DNA of 64,000 nt from Bacillota bacterium. GTDB lineage: Bacteria; Bacillota; Clostridia; Peptostreptococcales; Anaerovoracaceae. The DNA is taken from positions 14,133 to 78,132 of the forward strand of contig JBGZBP010000008.1 of assembly GCA_041844735.1 (NCBI GenBank). Reading direction: 5' to 3'. Shown piece by piece: positions 38,553-49,129 of the stretch (the first letter of the stretch is position 1; each line of letters opens with the position of its first letter). The notes below the pieces were generated by a model. It searched no databases, was not told the origin of the DNA, and saw nothing but the letters and a program-made list of their open reading frames with translations. Both the position numbers and the translations under genes were made by a program.

Positions 38553-39164
38553 ATGTGTTATTTAAATGCATGTGGTATTCAGTGGTATGTAGCAGTACTG
38601 GCAGCGTTATGCGGGTATGCAATGGGCAATATTTCTCCTGCCACTATACTGGGCAAAATTAAGAATGTAGATATAAGAAAAGAGGGAAGCGGAAATCCCG
38701 GAACAACCAATGTTTTGAGAGTACTTGGGAAAAAATATGCTGTAATAACACTGCTTGTTGATATTTTAAAAGGTGTGGTTGCTGTCATTTTGGGAAAACT
38801 TCTATTTGGCGACATTGTCGGAATGATTGCGGGTTTGTTCGCGTTTATTGGGCATGTATTTCCTGTGATCTTCAAATTCAAAGGTGGAAAGGGAGTAGCT
38901 ACAGCTCTTGGGATTGTTTTAACCGTAAGCTGGCAAATCGGACTTGCGGTTTTAGGTATAGCGTTGTTCTTTATGATTATCACAAGGACGGTCTCGGCAG
39001 GATCTGTTGCAGGAGCGATTGTATTTCCTGTAATAATTTATTTCAATCATCCGGAGCTTACAGTGTGGGCTGTACTGATGGCACTTATAGTTTTGGTGAG
39101 GCATAGGGAAAATATAAAGAGGTTGATGTCGGGGACAGAATCCAAAATCAGTTTTAAAAAATGA
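38553..39164 (+). CDS. plsY: Glycerol-3-phosphate acyltransferase PlsY
   Basis: GSGNPGTTNV and FKGGKGVAT motifs. Polytopic, 203 aa. Confidence 0.9.
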   Translation: MCYLNACGIQWYVAVLAALCGYAMGNISPATILGKIKNVDIRKEGSGNPGTTNVLRVLGKKYAVITLLVDILKGVVAVILGKLLFGDIVGMIAGLFAFIGHVFPVIFKFKGGKGVATALGIVLTVSWQIGLAVLGIALFFMIITRTVSAGSVAGAIVFPVIIYFNHPELTVWAVLMALIVLVRHRENIKRLMSGTESKISFKK

Positions 39165-39236
39165 CGGTATGATTAAAATCATGAAGCTGACACGATTCAT
39201 GGAAATATACAGGAAGTTGAGAGGAGATTTCGTCTA

Positions 39237-40229
39237 ATGAAAAAGATTGCTTTTATAGGAGCAGGAAGTTGGGGGACGGCATTGGCAATAAGCCTGAGTA
39301 ATAAAGGCCATTCGGTTTCCATGTGGGATATTGATGAAGAGCATGTTAAGGATATGCAGCAAAACAGGGAGAACAGAAAATATTTACCGGAAATAAAATT
39401 CGGAGATAATTTAAAAGTATTTAAGGATATTCCTGAGGCTGTATCGGGAGCGGAGATTGTGGTTTTCGCAGCTCCGGCACAAAGATTCAGAACTGCTTTA
39501 CAATCCACAGTGAAATACATATCAAGTGAAGCAACGATAGTAAATGTAGCAAAAGGAATAGAGCAGAAAACTTTGATGAGAATGTCGGAAATAGCAAAAG
39601 AAGTAATGCCGGCAATAAAATATGTCGTGCTTTCGGGACCTTCGCATGCCGAAGAGGTTGGAAGAAGACTTCCCACTACCGTGGTATGTGCGTCTGAGGA
39701 CATGCAGCTTGCAAAGGAAATGCAGGACGTATTTATGACAGACAGCCTGAGAGTTTATACGAACGATGATGTCGTGGGAGTGGAACTTGGGGGAGCACTT
39801 AAGAATATAATAGCATTGGGTGCCGGAATATCTGATGGAATGGGATATGGAGATAACGCAAAGGCAGCTTTGATGACACGAGGGATGGCTGAAATGAGCA
39901 GGCTGGGCGAGAAGCTCGGTGCAAAGGAAGAAACCTTTGCCGGACTTACGGGCATGGGAGATTTGATAGTAACATGTACCAGTATGCATAGCCGAAACAG
40001 AAGATGCGGCATTATGATAGGTGAAGGCATCTCTCCGGATGAAGCCGTGAAAAAGGTGGGCATGGTGGTAGAAGGCATGTTTACAGCCCAGGCGGCATAT
40101 GAACTGGCTAAACAGGTTAATGTCGAAATGCCTATAACCGAAGCTATATTTGAGATGATAAACGGCAATATAGATCCGAGAAAAGCGGTACACGACCTTA
40201 TGACAAGAAGCAAAAAAAATGAGAATTGA
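39237..40229 (+). CDS. gpsA: NAD(P)H-dependent glycerol-3-phosphate dehydrogenase
   Basis: IGAGSWGTALA Rossmann motif, GALKNIIALGAG, 330 aa. Confidence 0.95.
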   Translation: MKKIAFIGAGSWGTALAISLSNKGHSVSMWDIDEEHVKDMQQNRENRKYLPEIKFGDNLKVFKDIPEAVSGAEIVVFAAPAQRFRTALQSTVKYISSEATIVNVAKGIEQKTLMRMSEIAKEVMPAIKYVVLSGPSHAEEVGRRLPTTVVCASEDMQLAKEMQDVFMTDSLRVYTNDDVVGVELGGALKNIIALGAGISDGMGYGDNAKAALMTRGMAEMSRLGEKLGAKEETFAGLTGMGDLIVTCTSMHSRNRRCGIMIGEGISPDEAVKKVGMVVEGMFTAQAAYELAKQVNVEMPITEAIFEMINGNIDPRKAVHDLMTRSKKNEN

Positions 40230-40271
40230 ATTATAACACATGAGCAATAGGGATTGCAAAACGAGAAAAAG

Positions 40272-40340
40272 AAAAGACATCCGGTCAATTTGTTCTGCTA
40301 AAAGAGCAACAAATAGGGATGTCCTTTTATTTTTATTTTT
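40272..40340. terminator. Convergent (bidirectional) terminator between gpsA and the minus-strand antiporter gene
   Basis: GACATCC (40276-40282) pairs with GGATGTC (40317-40323), enclosing a smaller hairpin. A-rich on the 5' side and T-run (CTTTTATTTTTATTTTTT) on the 3' side. Confidence 0.5.
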
Positions 40341-41625
40341 TGTTTAAAGATTCAGTTCGCCTGAATGCCATAAACAGTACTGCAGATATGAACATCAAAA
40401 TCGGATAATACAGGTTAGGTATGATATCAAACGGTGTCAATTTGACCAATGTCGCTGCGGAAAGCAGCTGTGCACCGTATGGGATGAGCCCCTGACCGAC
40501 AGAAGCGAAAATATCCAATATGGAAGCAACTCTTTTTGAATCCAATTTAAATTCGTCTCCTATTTCTTTTGCGATAGGACCTGCCATAACTATGGCAACT
40601 GTATTATTTGCCGTGCATATATCAACTAATAGAGTCAATATGGCAATTCCGAATTCAGCACCCTTTTTTCCTTTGATACGTTTTCTGATAAAGTTGATAA
40701 TGAGTTCAATACCTCCATTTTCTTTGACAAGAGATACGATACAAGCTACTATTAGCGATATAAGGGCAATTTCAAAAAGACCGTTCATACCTTCGCCGAT
40801 ATGTGAAAAACTTTCTATGAGTGTAAACTTGCCATAAGTAACTCCTACTATAGTGGAAAGAACTATTCCAAGTACCAGCACCAAGAATACGTTAAGCCCT
40901 AGAAGGGCAGTAATTAAAACAAATAAATATGGAATAATCTGCGGAAGATGATACGTCAAATCTCCGTCGACACCATCTGTGGATATTCCCTTGGTACGAA
41001 AATAAAATAAAAAAACAGTTATTATTGCGGCAGGTAAGACAATAAGGAAATTCTGTCTGAATTTATCTTTCATTTCACAACCTTGTGTTCTTACAGCTGC
41101 AATAGTAGTATCTGAAATCATGGATAGGTTATCTCCGAACATTGCTCCCGAAACTACAGCTCCTATGCATATAGCGATGGAAAACTCGGTTTTCTCGGCA
41201 ACTCCCATGGCAATAGGTGCAAGAGCGGCAATAGTGCCCATTGAAGTTCCCATTGAAATAGATATAAAGCATCCTATTATGAACAGACCGACAACCATCA
41301 TATTAGCAGGAATGATTGACAGTCCGAAGTTTACTGTGCTCGCAGCTCCGCCGGCAGCAGATACGACACCCGAGAAAGCTCCTGCTAAAAGGAATATCAG
41401 GACCATAGTTATGATGTTAACATCTCCTGCACCTTTAGATATGATTGCCAATTTTTCATTGAATGAAAGCTTTCTGTTCTGAAGCAAGCCGACAAGTAAA
41501 GCTGATAAAAAAGCGACAATTGCAGGCATACTGTAAAAATTGTTGCTGATAATACCAACTCCTGCAAATAATGCAAGAAAAACAAAAATCGGCAACAAAG
41601 ATGAAATTCGATATTTTTTCTCCAT
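40333..41625 (-). CDS. Na+/H+ antiporter, NhaC-like polytopic membrane protein
   Basis: About 430 aa, 11-12 TM, composition and length like the NhaC family. Start taken at MEKKYRISS, preceded by GAGGAG. This is the only minus-strand gene in the window. Confidence 0.6.
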   Translation of the reverse strand: MEKKYRISSLLPIFVFLALFAGVGIISNNFYSMPAIVAFLSALLVGLLQNRKLSFNEKLAIISKGAGDVNIITMVLIFLLAGAFSGVVSAAGGAASTVNFGLSIIPANMMVVGLFIIGCFISISMGTSMGTIAALAPIAMGVAEKTEFSIAICIGAVVSGAMFGDNLSMISDTTIAAVRTQGCEMKDKFRQNFLIVLPAAIITVFLFYFRTKGISTDGVDGDLTYHLPQIIPYLFVLITALLGLNVFLVLVLGIVLSTIVGVTYGKFTLIESFSHIGEGMNGLFEIALISLIVACIVSLVKENGGIELIINFIRKRIKGKKGAEFGIAILTLLVDICTANNTVAIVMAGPIAKEIGDEFKLDSKRVASILDIFASVGQGLIPYGAQLLSAATLVKLTPFDIIPNLYYPILMFISAVLFMAFRRTESLNKK

Positions 41626-41799
41626 AATCTTCAACTCCTCATAAAATATATGTAACAAACAGTATTATATTTCAACGAACAGATTTAAATCAAGTAAAAA
41701 ATGTAGAAACTCCTGTTTTTATGTGTTCTTGTTTACTAAAGATTGATTTTAGAGTATACTTATTATGTGGTAATATATAAAAATTCAGTGAGGTGTTCT

Positions 41800-42258
41800 A
41801 TGTCACAATTTAGCGATAAAGAAAGAAAAGAGCTTAAAAAACTGATAGAAAAATTTTATCAGGATGTATTGGATCCATACAAGGAGTTTGAGAGAACCGT
41901 TATGAGAGAGTCAAGATTGAGTACCATGTTTAAACGAGTGGACTATGCAGGCAGACTCAAAGAACTTGATAAAATCAAAAAAATAAATAACAGTATAAAA
42001 CCGGACAAAATAACGATTTCCGACGAGGATAAGGACGGAAGGTCACTCAGCACTACTTTGGCGGCAGCACAGAAAGTATTGAATGAAGTCATAGACAGAC
42101 AGGCAGATTTCAATGAGTTGCTGTATAAAAAAAGCAAGGGTGAAAAAGCCGGATTCCTTGAGTCAAAAAAAGCACATAAAGCCATAAAAGAAGCCATTTT
42201 ACAATCAAGAGAACCTCTAAAGACACTTGATGTTGATTTTTCTCTGATGTTTTATTAA
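41800..42258 (+). CDS. Hypothetical charged/helical protein (152 aa)
   Basis: ATG at 41800 follows GTGAGGTG. The gene ends a few nt before the LtaS-family gene. I recognise no family. Confidence 0.45.
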   Translation: MSQFSDKERKELKKLIEKFYQDVLDPYKEFERTVMRESRLSTMFKRVDYAGRLKELDKIKKINNSIKPDKITISDEDKDGRSLSTTLAAAQKVLNEVIDRQADFNELLYKKSKGEKAGFLESKKAHKAIKEAILQSREPLKTLDVDFSLMFY

Positions 42259-42262
42259 GGAG

Positions 42263-44251
42263 ATGGCAATGAAAGAAACCGGAAGTGTTCTACATATTTT
42301 AGGTCTGGATAGATTCAAAATAACGGATTTGATTTTCATACCGTTTTTTGTGGCAATGTATTACAAAATGGAATTTTTTTATCAAAGCATGAAGATAATA
42401 AGAAATGTGGAGATTATAATTCCATTATCCTGTGTAATAATGGCATTGATATTAATAGGAATAAAAAACAGGTTTGTAGCTTGGGTATATTATTTGGCAT
42501 TATCGGCACTTATGTTTGCCGACGTGGCGTACAATAATTATTATTTCAGATATTTATCAGTAGGGATGCTTAGGGCGGTGAAGTTTTTATTCAGTGTCAG
42601 AACGAGCGTTGATTCTGCCGTAAAGTCGGAATTTTATTGGATGTTTGCCGATGCGGGAATTCTTTTGATTTTGGTGATAGCGGATTTTGTAATAAGGCGA
42701 ATTACAGCTCGCAGAAAGAAGCTCGAAAACGATTCTATAATCAGCTGTGATAATAGTGATTATCACGAAACGACTGTCCTGAAAAAAATAGCTGTTTTCT
42801 TCACATCAAGATTTTCGATCTTGTTAGCCATGGTTTTGATTTTTGTTATAGTGATAAACCCGATGGGCAATACAACGCTTAAATCAGTAGCAAATCAGGA
42901 ATTCATGTCTTATCATACAAAAGATGTTTTAGAAGCAACAGGAATATACAAGGATATAGAGTGGAAAAATGAACTGAATGGCAGCATAATGAAGTACGAA
43001 GAGGAAAAAAATGTACCGTTGTTCGGTGTGGCAAAAGGAAGAAACCTTATCGTTATACAGATAGAATCATTCATGAACTTTCTTATTAATCAAAAATATA
43101 ATGGACAGGAGTTGACCCCCAACATAAACAGATTGCTTAAGGATGATACAATTTATTTTGATAATTACTATCAGGAAGTGTCTGCAGGTAATACCAGTGA
43201 TTCGGAATTTGCCACCAATAATTCTATATATGGAACAATAAACAGTTTCACATATGAGATTTATCAAGACAATCACTATAAAGGGCTGCCGTGGATATTG
43301 AGGGAACATGGATATGAAACCGCCGTGTTTCACGCATACAAAAAGGATTTTTGGAATAGAGATAAGGCATATCCGAACCTGGGATTTCAGAGATATGACA
43401 GTCGAGGGGACTTTAAAAAGGGTGAGAAAATAGGAATGGGATTGTCCGATGAGGACATGTTTGATCAGGTGATTGAAAAAATGAAACATCAGAGAGAACC
43501 TTTCTATGATTTTATAATTACGCTCACAAACCATTATCCGTACTATATGCCTTATGATAAATATAATATAGAGTTGAAAAAGGTTGATAAAAACACCACA
43601 TTCGGACATTATCTGAACAGTGCTCATTATACGGATTATTGTATCGGTAAATTTATAAAAAAATTAAAAAAGGAAAAGCTTTATAAAAACAGTATTATTG
43701 CAATGTATGGAGATCACACAGGGTTGACGAAGGCGGATTTGCTTATTAAAAAGTCAATGGACAGGTATCTGCAGCACGAGTATGACTATGATGTAATGCT
43801 TAATATCCCGTTGATGATACACATTCCGGATAAGAAAAGAAATTTAGAACAGAAGATTAATACAACAGGCGGGAATTTGGATTTTATGCCTACGATTGCG
43901 GCATTGATGGGGATAGATAAGCTGGACACATTTTATTTAGGGCATAATCTTTTATATGTTAAAGATAACCTGGTTGCAAATCAGTATTACATGCCTAAAG
44001 GCTCATTCATAAAAGGAGACATAATTTATGTTATGTCAAGAGATGGGGTTTTTGAGCATGGCAGAGCATTTGATAAAAATACACGTGAAAAGATACCTTT
44101 GGAACAATGTAGAGACTATTATAAAAAATCAACAGCCATAATCAATGCGTCGGAGGAGATTTTGGAGAAAGATAAACTTCGGGGTAAATATGAGCATTAT
44201 TTGTATTCGGCATTTGATTCTCCAGGTTCGGATACTGTTAAAAAACATTGA
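42263..44251 (+). CDS. LTA synthase family protein (polytopic N-terminus plus extracellular sulfatase/phosphoglycerol-transferase domain)
   Basis: Five N-terminal TM helices, then a sulfatase-fold domain (QIESFMNF..., GNTSDSEF, YGDH). The second ATG at 42269 has better SD spacing. Confidence 0.8.
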   Translation: MAMKETGSVLHILGLDRFKITDLIFIPFFVAMYYKMEFFYQSMKIIRNVEIIIPLSCVIMALILIGIKNRFVAWVYYLALSALMFADVAYNNYYFRYLSVGMLRAVKFLFSVRTSVDSAVKSEFYWMFADAGILLILVIADFVIRRITARRKKLENDSIISCDNSDYHETTVLKKIAVFFTSRFSILLAMVLIFVIVINPMGNTTLKSVANQEFMSYHTKDVLEATGIYKDIEWKNELNGSIMKYEEEKNVPLFGVAKGRNLIVIQIESFMNFLINQKYNGQELTPNINRLLKDDTIYFDNYYQEVSAGNTSDSEFATNNSIYGTINSFTYEIYQDNHYKGLPWILREHGYETAVFHAYKKDFWNRDKAYPNLGFQRYDSRGDFKKGEKIGMGLSDEDMFDQVIEKMKHQREPFYDFIITLTNHYPYYMPYDKYNIELKKVDKNTTFGHYLNSAHYTDYCIGKFIKKLKKEKLYKNSIIAMYGDHTGLTKADLLIKKSMDRYLQHEYDYDVMLNIPLMIHIPDKKRNLEQKINTTGGNLDFMPTIAALMGIDKLDTFYLGHNLLYVKDNLVANQYYMPKGSFIKGDIIYVMSRDGVFEHGRAFDKNTREKIPLEQCRDYYKKSTAIINASEEILEKDKLRGKYEHYLYSAFDSPGSDTVKKH

Positions 44252-44288
44252 ATCTTTATGGGGAAAATTTAATCAAGGGGAGACGATT

Positions 44289-45431
44289 ATGGAAAAATTT
44301 TTTATACCTGTGCTACTGTTGCTTGCAGCTATAATAATATTGCTGATATTCATGCTTGTCGGCAACAGAAATAGAAAAGACGATTTTAAAAGAGAAGTGT
44401 CAGATGAGATTAATGCGAAAATTGAATTGATGACAAGCACAATTTCTCAAGCCAACATGCAGATAAACAGTTTGCAGGATGTTAGAATAAAAGAATTATC
44501 CGAAAGTGTATATCGAAGCAACGAGATGATGAGGAAAATCGTTTCAGAAAACTTGGAGCACGTGAGGAGTACGGTCGATGAAAAGCTGGATAAAACTTTA
44601 AACACAAGATTGTCTGAGTCCTTTGATTCGGTAAATCGCAGACTGGCAGAGGTTCATAAAGGGCTTGGGCAGATGCAAAGCCTAGCTGAAGGAGTGGGTG
44701 ATCTAAAGAAAGTTCTATCGAATGTAAAGACAAGAGGAATTGTCGGTGAACTGCAGCTTGGAGCGTTACTTGGGGATGTTTTGGCTCCGGGACAGTATTT
44801 GGAAAATACTCCTACCGTACCTAACAGTTCGGATAGAGTAGAGTTTGCCATCAAATTTCCGGGATTGGATGAAAATCATGTTTTACTCCCTGTCGATTCA
44901 AAATTTCCACAGGATATTTATGAAAGATTATTATCCGCACAGAAAGATGCGGATAAGGATGCGGTTTTGTCGGCTGAAAAAGAAATGGTAAAGACAATAA
45001 AAGTTTTTGCAAAGACTATAAGGGACAAATATGTCAAGCCGCCTTTCACGACTGATTTTGCAATCATGTTTTTGCCGTTTGAGGGGCTTTATGCAGAAGT
45101 GATCAGACTTGGTATGGTACAAACGTTGCAAAATGAGTATAAAATTTGTATTGCAGGACCTACAACTATGGCGGTTCTGCTTAACAGCCTGAATATGGGA
45201 TTTAAGAGTGTCGCTATACAGAAAAGGTCGGGAGAAGTTTGGCAAATATTAGCTAATGTCAAGACTGAATTTGAGAATTTTGCCAATGTACTTGAAAAAA
45301 CTCAGCAAAGATTAAATCAAGCAAACAGTGAGCTTGATGCATTGGTAGGGGTGAGAACAAGGAAGATTCAAAAGACTTTGAGCAAGATAGAAATGATAGA
45401 AGATAACGGGCAAATAAAGGACGAAGAATAA
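44289..45431 (+). CDS. rmuC: DNA recombination protein RmuC
   Basis: N-terminal TM, coiled coil and a nuclease-like C-terminus (VEFAIKFPG...LLPVDSKFP). The track's upstream extension overlaps the LtaS gene and is probably spurious. Confidence 0.8.
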   Translation: MEKFFIPVLLLLAAIIILLIFMLVGNRNRKDDFKREVSDEINAKIELMTSTISQANMQINSLQDVRIKELSESVYRSNEMMRKIVSENLEHVRSTVDEKLDKTLNTRLSESFDSVNRRLAEVHKGLGQMQSLAEGVGDLKKVLSNVKTRGIVGELQLGALLGDVLAPGQYLENTPTVPNSSDRVEFAIKFPGLDENHVLLPVDSKFPQDIYERLLSAQKDADKDAVLSAEKEMVKTIKVFAKTIRDKYVKPPFTTDFAIMFLPFEGLYAEVIRLGMVQTLQNEYKICIAGPTTMAVLLNSLNMGFKSVAIQKRSGEVWQILANVKTEFENFANVLEKTQQRLNQANSELDALVGVRTRKIQKTLSKIEMIEDNGQIKDEE

Positions 45432-45454
45432 TATAAAAATGATGGGGAAAATAT

Positions 45455-46150
45455 ATGAGAATGTACGCTATTGCTGATTTACACCTGTCTTTTTCGTCTC
45501 CTGATAAGGCAATGGATATATTTGGGGGACAATGGATAGAACATTGGAAAAAAGTGATGAAAAACTGGGACAGGATTGTGGAGCCGGACGATTTGGTCAT
45601 AATACCGGGAGACATATCTTGGGCATTAAAGTTTGAAGATGCACTTGAAGATATAAAATGGATACATGAAAGACCGGGTAAAAAAATACTGGTAAAAGGA
45701 AACCATGACTTGTGGTGGACATCAATCAGCAAACTTAATGCCCTATATTCAGATGTTTTTTTCTTACAAAATAATTTTGCAGGATGTGGTAACGGATGGG
45801 CTGTCTGTGGCACCAGGGGCTGGGTTTGTCCCGGAGACAGGGAGTTTTCGGAGCACGATGAAAAGATTTATAAGAGAGAAATTTTGAGATTGGAATCCTC
45901 TTTATTACAAGCTAAAGAAAATGGATACGAAAAAATAATAGGTGTGCTTCATTACCCGCCGACGAACGAAAAGCATGAAGAGTCAGGGTTTACCGAGCTT
46001 TTTTCAAAATATAATGTCGCTAATGTGGTATATGGGCATTTACATGGTCCGGATGTTTGTATCAAAGGACTTCAGGGTGTTCACAACGGTGTTAACTATA
46101 TCTTAACATCGCTTGATCATGTTAGGGCAATTCCGAAACTGATAGTTTAG
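45455..46150 (+). CDS. Metallophosphoesterase
   Basis: MYAIADLHL, PGDISW, GNHDLWW and HYPP motifs of the calcineurin-like phosphoesterase fold. Confidence 0.75.
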   Translation: MRMYAIADLHLSFSSPDKAMDIFGGQWIEHWKKVMKNWDRIVEPDDLVIIPGDISWALKFEDALEDIKWIHERPGKKILVKGNHDLWWTSISKLNALYSDVFFLQNNFAGCGNGWAVCGTRGWVCPGDREFSEHDEKIYKREILRLESSLLQAKENGYEKIIGVLHYPPTNEKHEESGFTELFSKYNVANVVYGHLHGPDVCIKGLQGVHNGVNYILTSLDHVRAIPKLIV

Positions 46151-46168
46151 AAAATTAGAGGGAAAGTT

Positions 46169-47377
46169 ATGAAGAGAGTTATTCTTATAGTTATGGACAG
46201 CCTCGGTGTTGGAGCAATGCCTGATGCCGAGCAGTATAAAGATGAGGGAAGCCATACTTTAGGTCACATAATGCATGCATATCCGGAACTTTATGTTCCA
46301 AACTTAGCAGGCATGGGGATTTTCAAAATTGACGGCATGGAAAACTACTCGGAGCATTTAAAAAATAGAGACAAACACCTCAAACAAAATATAATAGGCA
46401 GTTATGGAAGATTGAAAGAAAAGTCAAAGGGCAAGGATACCATAACAGGGCATTGGGAAATTGCAGGCATTATAACGGATAATCCGTTCAATACATTTGA
46501 GAGATTTCCCGATAAATTTATAGATGAATTTGAAAAGCGAACAGGTAGAAAAACAATAGGTAATTATCCTGCATCCGGAACAGAAATCATTGATAAGCTG
46601 GGTGAAGAACACGAGAGGACAGGAGCTGTCATAGTTTACACATCGGCTGACAGCGTATTTCAAATAGCGGCAAACACTGCAGTGGTTCCGCTGAAAGAGC
46701 TTTATAATATTTGTGAAGTTGCAAGGGAACTACTCATAGGAGATTTACAGGTAGGCAGGGTCATTGCAAGACCATACATTAAAGATGAATACGGCAAAAG
46801 GAAGAGAACTGCAGATAGAAAAGACTATGCAATAAGTCCGCCGGGTGATACAATGCTGTCAAACATAAAAAAATCCGGTCAAAGAGTTGTGGCAGTAGGA
46901 AAAATAGGAGATATATATAACGGCAAAGGAGTATCGGACTCATATCATACGGATGATAATACAGCAGGTGTTGACAAAACTGTAGAAATGATGAAGTTGG
47001 ATTTTTCAGGGCTGATTTTCACAAACTTGGTTGATTTTGATTCAAAGTTCGGGCATAGGCGAGATGCTTGTGGTTATGGAAAAGCCTTGGAGGAATTTGA
47101 CGAAAGATTAAGCGGCATAACGGGAGCAATGAGAGAAGATGATATTTTGATTCTTTGTGCAGATCATGGGAACGACCCCCTGGCAGAGGGATGGGATCAT
47201 ACAAGGGAAACGGTACCTGTTCTTGTATCGGGGAAATGTGTTAAAACGGATATAAACCTGGGCACGAGAGAAAGCTTTGCAGATATCGGTGCGACCGTGT
47301 GCGAATATCTCGGTGTTGAAAACAGCCTTGCCGGAGAAAGTTTCCTCCACAAGATAATTATTGAAGAAGAAAAGTAA
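46169..47377 (+). CDS. deoB: Phosphopentomutase
   Basis: MKRVILIVMDSLGVGAMPDA N-terminus and ...CADHGNDP motif, 402 aa. Confidence 0.95.
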   Translation: MKRVILIVMDSLGVGAMPDAEQYKDEGSHTLGHIMHAYPELYVPNLAGMGIFKIDGMENYSEHLKNRDKHLKQNIIGSYGRLKEKSKGKDTITGHWEIAGIITDNPFNTFERFPDKFIDEFEKRTGRKTIGNYPASGTEIIDKLGEEHERTGAVIVYTSADSVFQIAANTAVVPLKELYNICEVARELLIGDLQVGRVIARPYIKDEYGKRKRTADRKDYAISPPGDTMLSNIKKSGQRVVAVGKIGDIYNGKGVSDSYHTDDNTAGVDKTVEMMKLDFSGLIFTNLVDFDSKFGHRRDACGYGKALEEFDERLSGITGAMREDDILILCADHGNDPLAEGWDHTRETVPVLVSGKCVKTDINLGTRESFADIGATVCEYLGVENSLAGESFLHKIIIEEEK

Positions 47378-47393
47378 ATATGGAGAAACAGGA

Positions 47394-48197
47394 ATGAATA
47401 TAAATGAATTTTATGAAGGTTTGGATGAACTTTTCGGGAATACGAACCATGAGGAGATAGAGGAATATTTAGTGAGGAGTCTGGCACAGGCAAAAGGTGC
47501 CGGAGATTTGAGCTTGGAGATTGCTGTCAGAAACGAGCTTGGAGGATTTTATAGAGCTTCGGGCAGAGTGGAAAGCGCTGTCGAAAATTACGATATGGTC
47601 TTAAAGACGTTTGAGAACATGGGTATGACGAATACGGAAAATTATGCCACCACTCTTATTAATGCAGGAGATGTTTACATCATCATAGGGGATTATGACA
47701 GAGCATTAAATATGTTTTTGTCCGCAAAAGAAATACTTATTGCTTTGGGCTTTGAAAAGGATTATAGAATGGCTGCGTTATCAAACAATATAAGTGCTGT
47801 TTACAGAATGCTTAGCGACTTTAATAATGCTGAAAAGTCACTGATGACAGCGTTTGAGATTATATCAGGTATTCCTGAGGCAAAGAGTGAACTTGCGGTA
47901 ACTTATGTGAATTTGGCACAGCTGCAGATAAAGCAAGGTAAAACGACAGAGGCTAAAGAAAATTTGGGGATGGCGGTAAATATCTTTGAAAATGATTTTC
48001 AAGGAAGAGATGTGCATTACTCACAAGCTATGGCAGCTTTCGGAGAGGCATATTACTATGAGGGCAACTATAAGGATTCTATTGCCTGTTATGAGAAGGC
48101 GATGGAGTTGGTGAAAAGGGACTTTGGAGAAAATATCAATTATAATAAATTGAAGGATACCGTGGAGCATATTAAAAAGTTGGAGGTGGCAAGATGA
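47394..48197 (+). CDS. Tetratricopeptide-repeat protein
   Basis: Several TPR-like helix pairs (..AGDVYIIIGDYDRALNMF.., ..GEAYYYEGNYKDSIACYEKAME..). ATG at 47394 follows GGAGAAACAGGA. Confidence 0.6.
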   Translation: MNINEFYEGLDELFGNTNHEEIEEYLVRSLAQAKGAGDLSLEIAVRNELGGFYRASGRVESAVENYDMVLKTFENMGMTNTENYATTLINAGDVYIIIGDYDRALNMFLSAKEILIALGFEKDYRMAALSNNISAVYRMLSDFNNAEKSLMTAFEIISGIPEAKSELAVTYVNLAQLQIKQGKTTEAKENLGMAVNIFENDFQGRDVHYSQAMAAFGEAYYYEGNYKDSIACYEKAMELVKRDFGENINYNKLKDTVEHIKKLEVAR

Positions 48198-49129
48198 AAG
48201 GGATGGAGCTTTCAAAAAAATATTTTGAGGAATATGGCTTGCCTATGCTTCAAAACGAGTTCCCGGAGGATATGAAGCAAGTAGCTGTGGGACTTGTGGG
48301 AGAGGGATCGGAATGTTTCGGGTATGATGACGAGATATCTAAGGACCACGACTTCGGGCCGGGGTTTTGTATATGGATTCCCATTGAAACATATAGTGCT
48401 GTAGGAGAAAAGATGCAGGAAGCATATGACAGGTTACCTGCTGTCTTTATGGGGCATGAAAGAATATCGACTTCCATGTCGGATAAGAGAGTCGGAGTGA
48501 TACCGCTTGAAACTTTTTACTCAAGATACACTAACTGCGGTCCTTTTCCGACGGATAATGTTAATTGGATGAACATACCCGAAAGTTATCTTGCGACCGT
48601 CACAAACGGAGAGATATTCATGGATAATTACGGGGTATTTACAAAGGCGAGGGAGCATATCCTAAAATTTTATCCTGAAGATGTGTTAAGAAAAAAACTT
48701 GCAAACAGGGTAGCCGTGATGGCACAATCAGGACAATATAACTATGTAAGGTCTTCAAAAAGAGGAGATTACGGATCGGCATATTTGGCATGTGCAGAGT
48801 TCGTGAAAGCAGCATTGTCATGCATATTTTTGCTTAACAGGCAATATGCTCCGTTTTATAAGTGGATATTTAGAGCGGCAAGACAACTGCCTAAGATGAA
48901 AGAGACTGTTTCAAGTTTGGAAAGACTGATTAAAATAGCAGATGATGCAAATACCGTTCATATAAAGCAGGATATGATAGAGAATATATGCTCGGATGTT
49001 GCAGACGAGTTGAGAGCGACAGGATTTACGAAAGAGAAAGATAACTTTTTACAGCTTCATATAAAGGAGCTTATGGCAGGTATAGAGGATGTAAGAATCA
49101 GAAGTATGCATGTTATGGAGGACTGTTAA
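48194..49129 (+). CDS. DUF4037-like protein with a minimal nucleotidyltransferase-type N-terminal motif
   Basis: GLVGEGSECFGYDDEISKDHDFGPG resembles the G[GS]x9-13D.D NTase signature seen with DUF4037. ATGA overlap with the TPR gene. Confidence 0.55.
   Translation: MKGMELSKKYFEEYGLPMLQNEFPEDMKQVAVGLVGEGSECFGYDDEISKDHDFGPGFCIWIPIETYSAVGEKMQEAYDRLPAVFMGHERISTSMSDKRVGVIPLETFYSRYTNCGPFPTDNVNWMNIPESYLATVTNGEIFMDNYGVFTKAREHILKFYPEDVLRKKLANRVAVMAQSGQYNYVRSSKRGDYGSAYLACAEFVKAALSCIFLLNRQYAPFYKWIFRAARQLPKMKETVSSLERLIKIADDANTVHIKQDMIENICSDVADELRATGFTKEKDNFLQLHIKELMAGIEDVRIRSMHVMEDC

Noticed and set aside
39522-40288. 252-aa and 177-aa minus-strand ORFs opposite gpsA
   Set aside because: They lie entirely within the antisense of a highly conserved gene. 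They have no recognisable motifs and a Cys/His/Ser/Phe-rich shadow-frame composition.
44145-44288. N-terminal extension of rmuC overlapping the LtaS-family gene by about 100 nt
   Set aside because: The extension is basic and low-complexity and lacks an SD. The ATG at 44289 follows GGGGAG and yields the typical RmuC N-terminal TM helix. I rejected similar extensions for dxr (19416), ispG (21562), polC (22640), mnmA (29925), der (37177), the TPR gene (47361), the permease (51252) and the first BMC-H gene (52664).
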